From Desulfotalea psychrophila LSv54 (GTDB taxonomy: Bacteria > Desulfobacterota > Desulfobulbia > Desulfobulbales > Desulfocapsaceae), in the NCBI RefSeq assembly GCF_000025945.1, contig NC_006138.1, positions 3,300,001-3,332,000 on the forward strand: 32,000 bases of DNA. The letters are read 5' to 3'. Of the stretch, positions 1 through 10,863 are shown piece after piece. The position numbers and the translations under genes were made by a program. The notes below the pieces were generated by a model. The model was not told the origin of the DNA, ran no database searches, and saw only the letters and a program-made list of their open reading frames with translations. Position 1 is the first letter of the stretch, and each line of letters begins with the position of its first letter.

Positions 1-1538
1 AGAACATCTTGCACCATCTGCCTGTCAAAACCATGGGCTACAATTTCCTCACAGCCACAACCATCCTCCAGATGAAGTTCAAGTACCCGGTCAAGAACAT
101 CATAGTCAGGCAGATCATCCTGATCACACTGGTCTGGTTTAAGCTCAGCAGAGGGTGGCTTAGAAATAGTATTCTCAGGGATTATCTCACCATGACGATT
201 GACATAACGGGAGAGGGCATAGACCAATTGCTTGGGCACGTCACTGATAACGGCAAGTCCACCGTTCATATCACCGTAGAGGGTGCAGTAGCCCACCGCC
301 ATTTCACTCTTATTTCCCGTGGTCAGGAGCAACTTATTAAATTTATTGGACAGGGCCATAAGCAGGTTGCCACGAATTCTAGCCTGAAGATTCTGTTCTG
401 TCACATCCTCTTCCAGCCCCGTAAATATCGGGGCAAGACTTGATTCAAAGGCATAAAAAAGATCCTTTATAGGAATCATCTTAAAATCACAGCCCAAATT
501 CTCAGCCAGAGACTGGGCATCATCATAGGATCCACCGGAACTATACTGAGAAGGCAGGGCCACACCCTGAACGTTCTCTGCCCCGAGGGCGTCAACTGCA
601 ATGGCGGCGGTAAGAGCTGAATCAATGCCGCCTGAAAGGCCCAGAACCACAGAGGTGAAACCGCACTTTCTTATATAATCACGCACACCGAGAACCAGGG
701 CCTGATAGACACTCTCCTCAGGGCTGGCCAGAGGTCGAGGAGGCGCTGAACACTCCTGAGACTCCGTATCATAGACCAAAAGGTCTTCGGCACAGGATGC
801 GGCCTCTCCCAAGACCTCACCTCTTTCTGAAATGGCAAGGCTACCCCCATCAAAGATAAGAGAATCCTGGCCCCCCACCTGATTACAGTACAGAAATGGC
901 GCCCCCAGGGCTAGAGCAGACTCGGCAAAAATCCGGCGACGCTGGGCCTCTTTGCCACGCTGAAAGGGGGAGGCAGAGATATTAATCACAGCTGCAAGAG
1001 AAATGTTCTTCTCCCGGCAACTCTCAACCATTCCCGAAACCGGAGAGAGGGCGTAGTGACCAACCTCATCGTGCCATACGTCTTCACAGATGGTTACCCC
1101 AAAGGTAGTCCCCCCGAGGGTATAAAACTTTTCACTTTCCTCTGCCCGACCCGGCTCAAAATAACGGCTCTCGTCAAAAACATCATAGGTGGGCAGAAGC
1201 TGCTTTCGCCTTCGATAAACGACTCTCCCCTCCCGAGCCACAAGGACAGAATTATAGAGGGCTCTGCCCCCCTTACCTTCACGTTTTTCCACAGCGCCAA
1301 ACATAACATCAATGCCTGGAAGTTCTCCCAATAGACGATCTAGGGCAGCCTGGTGTTCTTCAATAAAAACAGATCGTTCCAGTAAATCAAGAGGCGGATA
1401 ACCAGAAACGGCGAGTTCAGGAAAAACGACAAGGGAGCACCCTGCCTCCTGAGCCTTCGTGGCCCAAGAAACTATTTTTTTACAGTTATGGGCAAAGTCA
1501 CCAATGAGCGGATTATATTGAACAAGTCCTATTTTCAC
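1..1538 (-). CDS. nadE: Glutamine-dependent NAD+ synthetase (nitrilase-type amidase domain plus synthetase domain), 3' end runs off the window
   Basis: Manual reverse-strand translation from GTG at 1538: VKIGLVQYNPLIGDFAHNCKK..., with later VVLGLSGGIDSALTAAIAVDALG and PENTISKPPSAELKPDQCDQDDLPDYD. GGAG lies just upstream of the GTG. It is absent from the ORF track because it is truncated by the window edge. Confidence 0.95.
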   Translation of the reverse strand, partial: MKIGLVQYNPLIGDFAHNCKKIVSWATKAQEAGCSLVVFPELAVSGYPPLDLLERSVFIEEHQAALDRLLGELPGIDVMFGAVEKREGKGGRALYNSVLVAREGRVVYRRRKQLLPTYDVFDESRYFEPGRAEESEKFYTLGGTTFGVTICEDVWHDEVGHYALSPVSGMVESCREKNISLAAVINISASPFQRGKEAQRRRIFAESALALGAPFLYCNQVGGQDSLIFDGGSLAISERGEVLGEAASCAEDLLVYDTESQECSAPPRPLASPEESVYQALVLGVRDYIRKCGFTSVVLGLSGGIDSALTAAIAVDALGAENVQGVALPSQYSSGGSYDDAQSLAENLGCDFKMIPIKDLFYAFESSLAPIFTGLEEDVTEQNLQARIRGNLLMALSNKFNKLLLTTGNKSEMAVGYCTLYGDMNGGLAVISDVPKQLVYALSRYVNRHGEIIPENTISKPPSAELKPDQCDQDDLPDYDVLDRVLELHLEDGCGCEEIVAHGFDRQMVQDV

Positions 1539-1731
1539 GTGCTATTCTCCATATTCGCCCTTTATCCAAGCAAATAAAACATATTTAATCTATTGCCAGT
1601 GGTCTTAAACAGGCTCCTTTTAATAAGGAGCAGGAAAACCCTGTTTGCAGAAAATGCCTTTTACCAAGAGCCCCTTACCTGCACTCAAGGTAGACCGGCA
1701 CCTCTCTCATTTAAAGAGAAACCACAAATAA

Positions 1732-2817
1732 TCAATTGATCCCTATCTGACCAGTTTTTTCTCCATCTCTCTCTTTTTTGAGTTTTCGCCGATAGTTATA
1801 GACAGCCCTATTATGATCTCGAAGGTTGGTCGAAAAGACATGGGTACCATCGTTATTGGAGACAAAATAGAGATAGCTGTTTTTCTCCGGTTGCAGTACC
1901 GCCTGCAGGGCCTTTTCGCCGGGATTACAGATAGGGCCCCGGGGAAGGCCTGGGATAGAGTAGGTATTATAGGGAGTTTTGCGGCGCAGATCAGTTCTGG
2001 TAATCGGGCCCTGATGCTCATCAAGGCCGTAGAGAACCGTCGGGTCAGATTGCAAACGAATACCTCTTTTTAACCGATTATAAAAAACGCCTGCAATACG
2101 GGGCTGTTCCATAGCCACCCTTGCCTCCTCCTCCACGAGGGAGGCGAGAGTGACAAGCTGTAAACGGCTGTACTCGCCAGCCGCCTCACGACCTGCGACA
2201 AGCCTGCGCCAAACAACGGAGAAGCGATGGACAAGAATTGGTATAATGGCCTCCGCCCCATGGATATTACGGGTAAGATAGTAGGTATCCGGATAAAGAT
2301 AACCCTCAAGAGAGGGCAAAGGGGCAAGCCCCAGAGAGGCGATAAATACCTCGTCTCTTGCCAGGCTGATAAAACGCTCAGCATCACACCAATCATCAGC
2401 GGCAAAGATGGCGGCAAGCTCCTCTATCCTCAGCCCTTCAGGTACAGTTACACTGTGCTGAACAGGCTTTGCTACAACCAATTGACGAAGCAACTCCACG
2501 GGCCTACGTTCAACGGGCAAGGCAAACTCACCCGCCTTGACCTGACGGGCAAGACCAAGATAACGGGCCATAAGGGCAAAACGGAGATCATCGTTGACAA
2601 GCCCTGCCCCGGCAAGAATTTTCTGGATTCTGGGAAAAGAAGCTCCACGCGGAATATTGACCACAACTTGGGAGGGGGAGTCCAAAATAGGAGGGGCGGG
2701 AGTTTGCAGATAGGAGTACAACCAGGCAAAAAAAATACCAATTGCCAAAAAAAGAAAGAGGGTCGCGCCAAGCACGACCCGTTTCACAATACCATATCGA
2801 AGGATTTTACCATTCAT
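1732..2817 (-). CDS. mltG: Endolytic murein transglycosylase MltG (YceG-like)
   Basis: N-terminal TM segment; LEGYLYPDTYYL; LASLVEEEARV; IAGVFYNRLKRGIRLQSDPTVLYG; PYNTYSIPGLPRGPICNPG, all typical of MltG. Confidence 0.94.
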   Translation of the reverse strand: MNGKILRYGIVKRVVLGATLFLFLAIGIFFAWLYSYLQTPAPPILDSPSQVVVNIPRGASFPRIQKILAGAGLVNDDLRFALMARYLGLARQVKAGEFALPVERRPVELLRQLVVAKPVQHSVTVPEGLRIEELAAIFAADDWCDAERFISLARDEVFIASLGLAPLPSLEGYLYPDTYYLTRNIHGAEAIIPILVHRFSVVWRRLVAGREAAGEYSRLQLVTLASLVEEEARVAMEQPRIAGVFYNRLKRGIRLQSDPTVLYGLDEHQGPITRTDLRRKTPYNTYSIPGLPRGPICNPGEKALQAVLQPEKNSYLYFVSNNDGTHVFSTNLRDHNRAVYNYRRKLKKERDGEKTGQIGIN

Positions 2818-2826
2818 AATGGGACG

Positions 2827-5230
2827 TTACTTTTTTAATGCCTTGTTTTTCTTTGTCCGCCCAAAGGCGACCTCAATGACCTCATCCATATGCTTTACTG
2901 GAAAGAACTGCATTTTATCCAGGATGTTTTTAGGTATCTCAACAAGATCTTTTTCGTTCTGAGCAGGGATGATTACCTTATTGATACCGGCACGAAGTGC
3001 TGCAATGGCCTTTTCCTTAAGTCCACCAATGGGCAAAACTCGGCCACGCAGGGTCACCTCACCGGTCATGGCCAGAGCCGAAACAATCTTGGTCTTAGTT
3101 ATGGCAGACCAAAGCGCTGTGGCCATGGTGATACCCGCAGAAGGACCATCTTTAGGAATCGCACCAGCCGGGACATGAATATGCAGATCTATCTTATCAA
3201 AATATTCAGCAGCAACCCCCAACTCCTCGGTACGACTTCGACAGTAGGTAAGCGCCGCCTGAGCTGACTCCTTCATGACATCGCCAAGCTGACCGGTAAG
3301 AGAGAGCTTCCCCTTGCCTGGCATGACGTTGATTTCAATCTGGAGAATTTCACCGCCAAATTCTGTCCAGGCAAGCCCTGTCACCAAACCAGGCTCTTCA
3401 AGACGCTCAAGATCAGACTCCGGAATCAACTTCGGAGGTCCCAGATATTTATACACATTTTTCAGAGTAATATTATATGGTCCCTTTCCGCCCTCGGCCA
3501 CCTTACGGGCAACCTTACGACAAACGGTGCCTATTTCACGTTCAAGACTACGCAGACCAGCCTCATAGGTATAGTGACTAACAATATGCTCCAAGACCTT
3601 ATCATCCATTTGCAAATGTCTTGCCTTCAAACCATTTTGCCTTACCTGCCGAGGCAGTAGATATCTTCTGGCAATAGCTATCTTCTCTTCAAGGGTGTAG
3701 CCGGAAAGACGAATTATCTCCATCCGATCAAGAAGAGGGCCGGGAATGGTATCCGTCATATTGGCCGTAGTGATAAACATCACCTGGGACAGGTCCATGG
3801 GGATATCCAGGTAGTTATCTACGAAATCAGAGTTCTGTTCCGGATCAAGCACCTCAAGCAGGGCAGAGGATGGATCGCCACGATAATCAGAGCCAACCTT
3901 ATCAATTTCATCCATCATAAAAACTGGATTATTGGTTGCGACAGTTTTCAAGCCCTGAATAATTCGGCCGGGCATTGCCCCGATATAGGTACGACGGTGA
4001 CCACGAATCTCGGCCTCATCCCGCATACCACCAAGGGAAAGTCTATGAAATTTTCTTCCCATGGCCCGAGCTACAGATTTACCAAGAGATGTCTTACCAA
4101 CACCTGGAGGGCCAACAAAACAGAGAATAGGTCCCTTAAGATCTTTATTGAGCTTGCGTACGGCAAGATACTCAACAATACGTTCTTTTACCTTATCCAG
4201 ACCATAGTGATCTTCATCAAGCACCTTTTTGGCGTGCTTCAGATCAAGCAGATCCTTAGTGGCTTTTTTCCAGGGGTACATCAAGGATCCAATCAATATA
4301 GGTACGAATAACTGTTGCCTCTGAAGAATCAGGATGCATCATCTCCATCCGACTCAGCTGTTTATTCGCCTCTTTACGCACGGCCTTGGACATCTTGGTC
4401 TTACGAATCTTCTTTTCAAGCTCATCCAGTTCCTGGCCACGCTCATCCGGATCACCAAGTTCTTTTTGTAGGGCATGAATCTGTTCACGAAGATAGTACT
4501 CTCGCTGTGAACGGGTCATCTCCTCCTTTGCCTCATTCTGGATCTTTGCCTGAACAGTCGAAACGGCAAGCTCACGGGCAAGAAGTTTATTCACCACGGT
4601 CAGGCGTTTTACCTGATCTGTCTCCTCCAGAACTTCCTGTCCCTCACTGACCTTCAGGCGCAGATTAGAACCGACAAGATCGGCCAGACGACCGGGCTCT
4701 TCTATATTATTAATAATCATCATCAGATCGGCCGAGAGTACCCCGCGTAGAGACATTATCTTCTCTGTCTGCTCACGCACGTTTCTCATCATAGCCTCTA
4801 CCTGAACAGAGATCTCCGGTAGCTCAATATCCTCAAGCACCTCAACCTTAGCCTGATAAAACGGCTCTTCCTTGACAACCTCGGCAACCCGAGCCTTGCT
4901 TACAGCCTGTACCAACACCTTCAATCGCCCATCGGGCAATTTCAGGGTACGCATCACCATACAGACCATACCGACTTTATAGAGATCGTCCTTACCAGGA
5001 TTATCTTTGGTCGCATCTTTTTGCGTAACAAGCATAAGTAGCTTATTGGTATTCATGGCCTCGTTCACCGCTTCAACAGAGCTTGGACGCCCAACAAAAA
5101 GCGGAAGAATCATATAGTTAAATACGACCACATCCCGAACCGCCATCATGGGTAATACTTCTGGGATCTCCAGATCTTCATTACTAGAGAAATCATCCAT
5201 GCTTATACTTAGCGCATCATTAAATTCCAC
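2827..5230 (-). CDS. lon: ATP-dependent Lon protease, split by an apparent +1 frame change near 4273-4276. The N-terminal part is in ORF 4256..5230 and the AAA+/protease part in ORF 2827..4296
   Basis: N-part: [23 protein letters not shown]...[14 protein letters not shown]...[11 protein letters not shown]-part: [40 protein letters not shown]...[22 protein letters not shown]...[13 protein letters not shown]. Removing one C from the CCCC run gives one 800-aa reading frame (2403 nt including stop). GTG start at 5230 preceded by AGGAGG. Confidence 0.93.
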
Positions 5231-5287
5231 TCCAACCTCCTAAAAAAAGCGGTGGATCAACCCATGAGGATCAATCATTATCTCGTA

Positions 5288-5308
5288 AAATTGTTCCATG
5301 AACAATTT
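5288..5308. promoter_or_regulatory. Perfect palindrome in the lon 5' leader: possible operator or RNA hairpin
   Basis: AAATTGTTC-CAT-GAACAATTT, a 9-bp perfect inverted repeat with a 3-nt centre, located between the candidate promoter and the lon start. Confidence 0.4.
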
Positions 5309-5405
5309 GTCTCTTTCTTAAAACTTCATCATCACAAAGCTGATATAATCAAAACCACAAAAGGCCTACCAGGGATACCAACAATTTTAAACAAAATCGC
5401 CCGAA

Positions 5406-5434
5406 ATTTTAAACATCGAAGACAACTAAGTCAA
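5406..5434 (-). promoter_or_regulatory. Sigma70-like promoter candidate upstream of lon
   Basis: On the minus strand: TTGACT (5434-5429), 17-nt spacer, TAAAAT (5411-5406). It lies about 170 nt upstream of the lon GTG. Confidence 0.55.
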
Positions 5435-5628
5435 GGAGGCGGATATCAAGTTCACAACAAAAAGTCATTTTACCTTGCAGCTATTTCCTCTTTTAAGGAT
5501 ACTGCCTAAGGAATATTTTTCCTTCAATCTATCAAGAGCTTAGTCATTGAGAGTAAGAGCATCCCGCTCTACTGTTCTAAAATTTAACTACCACGACCTG
5601 TTAAAAACAGGTCAACTTTGGAGATTTC

Positions 5629-6426
5629 ATGTTACATCCCGCATCTTTTTTCAACCTCACACTCTTTAAACACCAGAACCTCTTCCCCGCCGAGGCACCT
5701 GTCTGGACAGCCTTGACCAGACTCAAAAGCTATATGAATAAGTACCGCTACCCACAGATGAGCCATCCTCTTCTCAAGCCTGGCCTTCCCCTACCCGAGC
5801 CACTTATCTGGCACGAGGAGAGGCTCATTTCCACCCAGGGTAAAGAGATTGTTCTCGGTGATGCCTGCAAGCAGGGACTCATCATAAAGGATAATGGCCG
5901 GATACTTGAAGGGGCAAGTCTTATTATGGCCGGGGCAAGCCTGATAGGTGACCAGATATCCCTTGGCAAAGGAGTTCTGGTGGAGACAGGAGCCATGATA
6001 AAGTCTCCGACAATAATCGGCGATTACTGTGAGATCCGCCAGGGGGCATACCTCCGCGGCTATTGCCTGGCAGGAGCAGGCTGTGTACTCGGTCATAGCA
6101 CCGAAATAAAGCACTCTATTATGCTTGATGGAGCGAAGGCAGGCCACTTCAACTATCTCGGTGACTCCATCCTCGGCAACAACACCAACCTCGGGGCGGG
6201 GACAAAGCTTGCCAACCTGCGTTTTCTCCCCGGCAACGTCCATATCCTACACGATAAGAAACAGATAGATAGCGGATTAAGGAAATTTGGTGCTATAATG
6301 GGAGACGATAGTCAGACGGGTTGTAACTCGGTGACAAGTCCCGGCACCGTTTTAGGAAAAAAATGTATGCTTATGCCCAACACAACAACAAAATCAGGAT
6401 ATCATCCTGATAAAACAAGAATATAA
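5629..6426 (+). CDS. Left-handed beta-helix (hexapeptide-repeat) transferase-like protein, similar in style to the GlmU C-terminal region
   Basis: Hexapeptide-like repeats: LGKGVLVETGAMIKSPTIIGDYCEIRQGAYLRGYCLAGAGCVLGHSTEIKHSIMLDGAKAGHFNYLGDSILGNNTNLGAGTKLANL. Confidence 0.8.
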   Translation: MLHPASFFNLTLFKHQNLFPAEAPVWTALTRLKSYMNKYRYPQMSHPLLKPGLPLPEPLIWHEERLISTQGKEIVLGDACKQGLIIKDNGRILEGASLIMAGASLIGDQISLGKGVLVETGAMIKSPTIIGDYCEIRQGAYLRGYCLAGAGCVLGHSTEIKHSIMLDGAKAGHFNYLGDSILGNNTNLGAGTKLANLRFLPGNVHILHDKKQIDSGLRKFGAIMGDDSQTGCNSVTSPGTVLGKKCMLMPNTTTKSGYHPDKTRI

Positions 6427-6438
6427 GTCACAGCGCTC

Positions 6439-7974
6439 ATGAAATATCTCTCCCATATTTTTTCGTTTGCGAGCTGCATTATGGCTCTACTGCTTGTTGG
6501 ACAGACGGGCCTTGCCCAAACTCCACCGCCACTCAAGCTCACCAGCAGACCCCTCGCTTCAGAACATTTCTTTAGTGATTCCGGAAAAATAGAAAAGAGA
6601 CGCTTCATCCGCTTCCTGGTCCCCTACAGCAAAACATTTTTCTTTTTGGATGGAGCCCAGCCTCGTGGGCTCATCTACGACCGAATCATGGCCTTTGAAA
6701 GGGCACTCAACAAAAAGCTAAAGACCAAGCATATAAAGATCCACGCCGTCCTCATTCCCACCCCACGGAAAAAACTGCTCGAAGGCCTGATGACAGGCAA
6801 GGGCGACGTTGCGGCTGGCAACCTCACCATTACCCCAGAACGACTCAAGAAGGTAGACTTCACAAAGCCATTTCTCACCGGGGTCAACGAACTACTGGTC
6901 ACCAACCAGCTTAGCCGCCAATACAGGACTGTTTTCGAGCTGACGGGTAGCACAATCTATGTTAGAAAATCAAGCAGTTACTATACAAGCCTACGAAAAA
7001 CAAACCTCATCCTCGCAGATTATAGATTGGCCCCGATCAAAATAGAGTCCATAGATGATCGACTTGAAGATGAGGACATCTTGGAACTGGTCAATGCCAA
7101 TATCATAGAAAAAACCGTTGTCGACCAGCACAAAGCAGATTTCTGGGCAGAGATTTTTCCCTCTATACGGGTCCAGCATAGAATAAAGATCAGTAGCGGC
7201 GGAGAAATTGCCTGGGCCACCCGCAAGGATAACCCCTTCCTCAACAAAGAGATAAATGAATTTGTCAGAAAAAACAGAGAGGGCACCCTGGCGGGCAATA
7301 TGCTCTTTCGAAAATACCTAAAAAAAACGGACTATATCGCCAATATCCTTCAGGACGATACGGCCTACAAAAAGCTCCTCCCCACCTTTAAAAAATACGG
7401 CAAGGAGTACAATTTTGACTATTTTCTCCTTATTGCCCTTGCCTATCAGGAGTCACGACTCAATCAAAGCGCCAGGAGCAACATGGGTGCGGTGGGAATC
7501 ATGCAAATACTGCCATCTACGGCCCAGAGCAAGTACGTAAACATCAAAGACATCCACACCATCGACGCCAATATCCATGCAGGAACAAAATACCTGCGTT
7601 TCATCGCCGATAGATACTTCCCCGCTTCGGAAAACATAAGTAGCCTTGATCGGGCATTTTTTACCTTTGCCTCATATAATGCCGGCCCGGCAAGAATTTC
7701 GGCAATTCGCAAAAAAGCCGCCAAGAGCGGATATAATGCCAATATATGGTTTCAAAATGTGGAAATAACAGCAGCAAAAGAGATAGGCCGGGAGACGGTA
7801 CAGTACGTCAGCAATATTTTTAAATACTATACGGCCTACAGTCTTCTGGCCAATACAGAGAGCAACAAAATAAAAGAGTCCTGGCTACTGGGTGAGCCGG
7901 TGAGTAACTCGCCGACACTGCAGACACCTAGCAGCCATAAGTGGCTCTCAACAGATAATAAAAGAGAGCCCTAG
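6439..7974 (+). CDS. MltF-like membrane-bound lytic murein transglycosylase (periplasmic solute-binding-like domain plus SLT domain)
   Basis: Signal-peptide-like N-terminus, a SBP_bac_3-like region (KGDVAAGNLTITPERLKKVDFTKPF), and an SLT domain (LIALAYQESRLNQSARSNMGAVGIMQILPSTA...AFFTFASYNAGPARI). Confidence 0.9.
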   Translation: MKYLSHIFSFASCIMALLLVGQTGLAQTPPPLKLTSRPLASEHFFSDSGKIEKRRFIRFLVPYSKTFFFLDGAQPRGLIYDRIMAFERALNKKLKTKHIKIHAVLIPTPRKKLLEGLMTGKGDVAAGNLTITPERLKKVDFTKPFLTGVNELLVTNQLSRQYRTVFELTGSTIYVRKSSSYYTSLRKTNLILADYRLAPIKIESIDDRLEDEDILELVNANIIEKTVVDQHKADFWAEIFPSIRVQHRIKISSGGEIAWATRKDNPFLNKEINEFVRKNREGTLAGNMLFRKYLKKTDYIANILQDDTAYKKLLPTFKKYGKEYNFDYFLLIALAYQESRLNQSARSNMGAVGIMQILPSTAQSKYVNIKDIHTIDANIHAGTKYLRFIADRYFPASENISSLDRAFFTFASYNAGPARISAIRKKAAKSGYNANIWFQNVEITAAKEIGRETVQYVSNIFKYYTAYSLLANTESNKIKESWLLGEPVSNSPTLQTPSSHKWLSTDNKREP

Positions 7975-7980
7975 GAGGGG

Positions 7981-9381
7981 CTAGCCCCTCTCCTCTCGTA
8001 AAACGGCAAGAACCTCTGCCGTCTTCAACTCCATAAGCGCCCTATCCCCCCTTGACTCTACATTAAGGCGAACAACAGGTTCGGTATTAGAACTGCGCAG
8101 ACTAAAGCGCCACTGCCCCATCGGCTCAGCAAAGGAGAGAGAGATACCATCGGTATAATCGGAGGCAACAGCCTGTCCCTTATACCTCTCAAGAACCCGT
8201 TCAATGGACTCCTTCGGCTGAGCAAGTTTAGAGTTAATCTCACCCGATGAGGGAAAGGCAGCGATACGGGCAGCCACCATCTCGGAGAGCTTTACCCTCT
8301 TCACAGAGAGAAGCTCCAAAACCAAAAGCCAAGGAATCATACCGCTATCACAGTAGGCAAAGTCACGAAAATAGTGATGCGCACTCATTTCACCCCCATA
8401 GACAGCATCCTCCCGTCGCATTCGCTCCTTGATAAAAGCATGCCCTGTTTTACAGAGAATAGCCTGACCGCCACAGGAGGCAACAACCTCTTCGGTATTC
8501 CAGGTGAGACGGGGATCGTAGATGATCTTCTCTCCTGCACTCTTTTGCAAAAATGCCTCGGCAAGAAGACCGACGACATAGTAACCATCAACAAAGCTCC
8601 CATTTTCGTCAAAGAGAAAACAGCGATCAAAATCACCATCCCAGGCAATACCCATGGTCGCCCCCGTACTCTTCACCATGGAGGAGGTAGCCTGACGACA
8701 CTCCGGCAAGAGGGGGTTGGGAATGCCATTGGGAAAGGATCCATCTGCTTGGTGGTGGACCTTAACAAACTGCACCGGCACCCCTCTCTCCTCAAAGATC
8801 TTCTCTAAGGCATCTACCACATGACCGGCTACCCCGTTCCCCGAATTCACCACCAATTTTGTTGGTTGCAAGAGGCTCAGGTCAATATAGCCGAGAAGAT
8901 GATCCACATAGGCGGCAAGGGTTGATCCCTGAGAATAAACGCCCTTGGTAACCTGCTCATGAGAGGGATCCTGCCATGGCTGCCTTTCTGCCAGCTCCTT
9001 TATGGCAAAGAGCCCCGTGTCTCCGGAGATAGGCCTACTCTCCTCACGGACAAACTTAAGACCATTATAATCGATGGGATTATGGGAAGCAGTAACCTCT
9101 ATACCTCCATCAAATTCCAGATATTTGGTGGCAAAATAAATTTCTTCTGTGCCAACAAGACCAATATCGAGGACATCAACACCTGCATCCATAAGCCCCT
9201 CTGCCAGGGCAAGCTTAAGACTCTCGGAGGTCTGACGAATATCACCGCCCACAACCACTCGCCTCGGTTTAAGATATTCACCATAGGCCCGGCCAATCCG
9301 GTAGGCAATACCCGTGTCCAACTGAGAACCAAGCCGACCCCGAACATCATAGGCAGTAAAACAGGTTAATTCCGTAGTCAT
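7981..9381 (-). CDS. manB: Phosphomannomutase/phosphoglucomutase (alpha-D-phosphohexomutase family)
   Basis: [11 protein letters not shown]..., [48 protein letters not shown]. The likely start is the internal ATG (MTTELTCF) at 9381, preceded by GAGAGGTG, rather than 9414. Confidence 0.93.
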   Translation of the reverse strand: MTTELTCFTAYDVRGRLGSQLDTGIAYRIGRAYGEYLKPRRVVVGGDIRQTSESLKLALAEGLMDAGVDVLDIGLVGTEEIYFATKYLEFDGGIEVTASHNPIDYNGLKFVREESRPISGDTGLFAIKELAERQPWQDPSHEQVTKGVYSQGSTLAAYVDHLLGYIDLSLLQPTKLVVNSGNGVAGHVVDALEKIFEERGVPVQFVKVHHQADGSFPNGIPNPLLPECRQATSSMVKSTGATMGIAWDGDFDRCFLFDENGSFVDGYYVVGLLAEAFLQKSAGEKIIYDPRLTWNTEEVVASCGGQAILCKTGHAFIKERMRREDAVYGGEMSAHHYFRDFAYCDSGMIPWLLVLELLSVKRVKLSEMVAARIAAFPSSGEINSKLAQPKESIERVLERYKGQAVASDYTDGISLSFAEPMGQWRFSLRSSNTEPVVRLNVESRGDRALMELKTAEVLAVLREERG

Positions 9382-9382
9382 G

Positions 9383-10825
9383 TTACACCTCTCGCTTTTT
9401 TTTTGACTGTGCATCAGAGCAACTCTCTATTCGCCCGTAAAGATCCTCAAAACGAACAATATCATCCTCTCCAAGATAAGGACCTGACTGCACCTCTATG
9501 AGTTCCAAATCCACCTTACCGGGATTTTCAAGGGCATGAAGCACACCCACTGGAATAAATGTCGATTCATTTTCTGTTACCAAAAAAACATCCTCTCCCT
9601 TGGTTACCCGGGCAGTCCCCGAGACCACAATCCAGTGTTCAGCCCGATGATGATGCATCTGCACGCTTAACTTGGCATCCGGTTTAACACTGATTCGCTT
9701 TACCTGATAGCGCCCGCCGGCATCAATGGAATCGTACTTACCCCAAGGACGATAAACCTCCCTGTGGAGACGAGCTTCACTCCGCCCCTCGTCCTTGAGC
9801 CGTTGCACAATCTGTTTTACCTCTTGGACTCGATCCTTAGTTGCCACCAGCAGGGCATCCTTGGTATCAACCACCACCACGTTATCAAGACCAATGGTGG
9901 CAATGAGACGATCCCCGCCATGGACAAGTGAATTAGTAGTCTCCTGCAAGAACACATCACCTCGAACCCTGTTTCCCTGGGCATCCTTGTCACCAACCTC
10001 CCAAAGGGCAGACCAAGAACCAATATCATTCCAACCTACATCCAGGGGAACAACCACGGCATCCTCGGTCTTCTCCATTACCGCATAATCTATCGATTCT
10101 TCAGGACAGGCCAAAAAATAGTCCTTGTCAACCCGAATAAAATCACCATCATGACAGGTTGAGACAAGGGAGGCCAAGCAGGCATCGGCGATATCCGCTC
10201 GATGCTTTCTCAGCTCTGCCAGATAGGTGCTGGCTCGAAAGAGAAACATACCGCTGTTCCAATAAAATTCACCACCTTCAAAGTACTGCTTGGCAACCGC
10301 AGCATCGGGCTTTTCGACAAATTCCTCAACCCTGAAGCCCACAGCTGCAGGCCCGCCACGACGAATATAGCCATATCCCGTATGGGCTGAGGTGGGGACA
10401 ATACCAAAGGTCACCAAACAACCCTCTTCAGCCAGAGGCAGGGCCTGTTGGATGGCCTGGACAAAACCTGCGCTATCTTCAATAACATGGTCTGCGGCCA
10501 GGACCAAAAGAAGGGGATCTTCACCTTTTTCAAGGGCAATGCTTGCAGCCAGAGCTACGGCGGGGGCCGTATTCCTTCCTGCGGGCTCAAGGATTATCTT
10601 ACCCAATTGGTCTAAAAAACGGAGCTGTTCGGCCACAATAAACCTATGCTCTTCGTTACAAACAGTTATCGGGGCTGTCACATCGAGACCGGCAAGGCGA
10701 TTAAGCGTTGCCTGCAACATTGTCTCCTCACCGACAAGTGGCAAAAACTGCTTGGGATAAAGGGCACGGGAGAGGGGCCAAAGTCGAGTCCCAGAGCCGC
10801 CTGCCATAATTACGGGAACAATCAT
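9383..10825 (-). CDS. manC: Mannose-1-phosphate guanylyltransferase / mannose-6-phosphate isomerase (type II, bifunctional)
   Basis: [30 protein letters not shown]; FVEKPD; YFWNSGMF-like [10 protein letters not shown]; cupin C-terminus [47 protein letters not shown]. Confidence 0.95.
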   Translation of the reverse strand: MIVPVIMAGGSGTRLWPLSRALYPKQFLPLVGEETMLQATLNRLAGLDVTAPITVCNEEHRFIVAEQLRFLDQLGKIILEPAGRNTAPAVALAASIALEKGEDPLLLVLAADHVIEDSAGFVQAIQQALPLAEEGCLVTFGIVPTSAHTGYGYIRRGGPAAVGFRVEEFVEKPDAAVAKQYFEGGEFYWNSGMFLFRASTYLAELRKHRADIADACLASLVSTCHDGDFIRVDKDYFLACPEESIDYAVMEKTEDAVVVPLDVGWNDIGSWSALWEVGDKDAQGNRVRGDVFLQETTNSLVHGGDRLIATIGLDNVVVVDTKDALLVATKDRVQEVKQIVQRLKDEGRSEARLHREVYRPWGKYDSIDAGGRYQVKRISVKPDAKLSVQMHHHRAEHWIVVSGTARVTKGEDVFLVTENESTFIPVGVLHALENPGKVDLELIEVQSGPYLGEDDIVRFEDLYGRIESCSDAQSKKKREV

Positions 10826-10863
10826 ATCTCATCCTTTTTATTATAAAACAGTCCGAGTTAAAC

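Noticed and set aside
4256-5230. Two independent proteins (an N-terminal Lon-substrate-domain protein and a separate AAA+/protease) instead of one Lon
   Set aside because: The break falls inside the conserved DVPW motif, the frames overlap, the downstream ORF has no natural N-terminus (it starts at an upstream TTG in noise sequence), and deleting one base gives an uninterrupted 800-aa Lon.
5252-5509. 85-aa plus-strand ORF between lon and the beta-helix gene
   Set aside because: It has no recognisable motif and overlaps the strong lon promoter candidate and palindrome; better explained as regulatory DNA.
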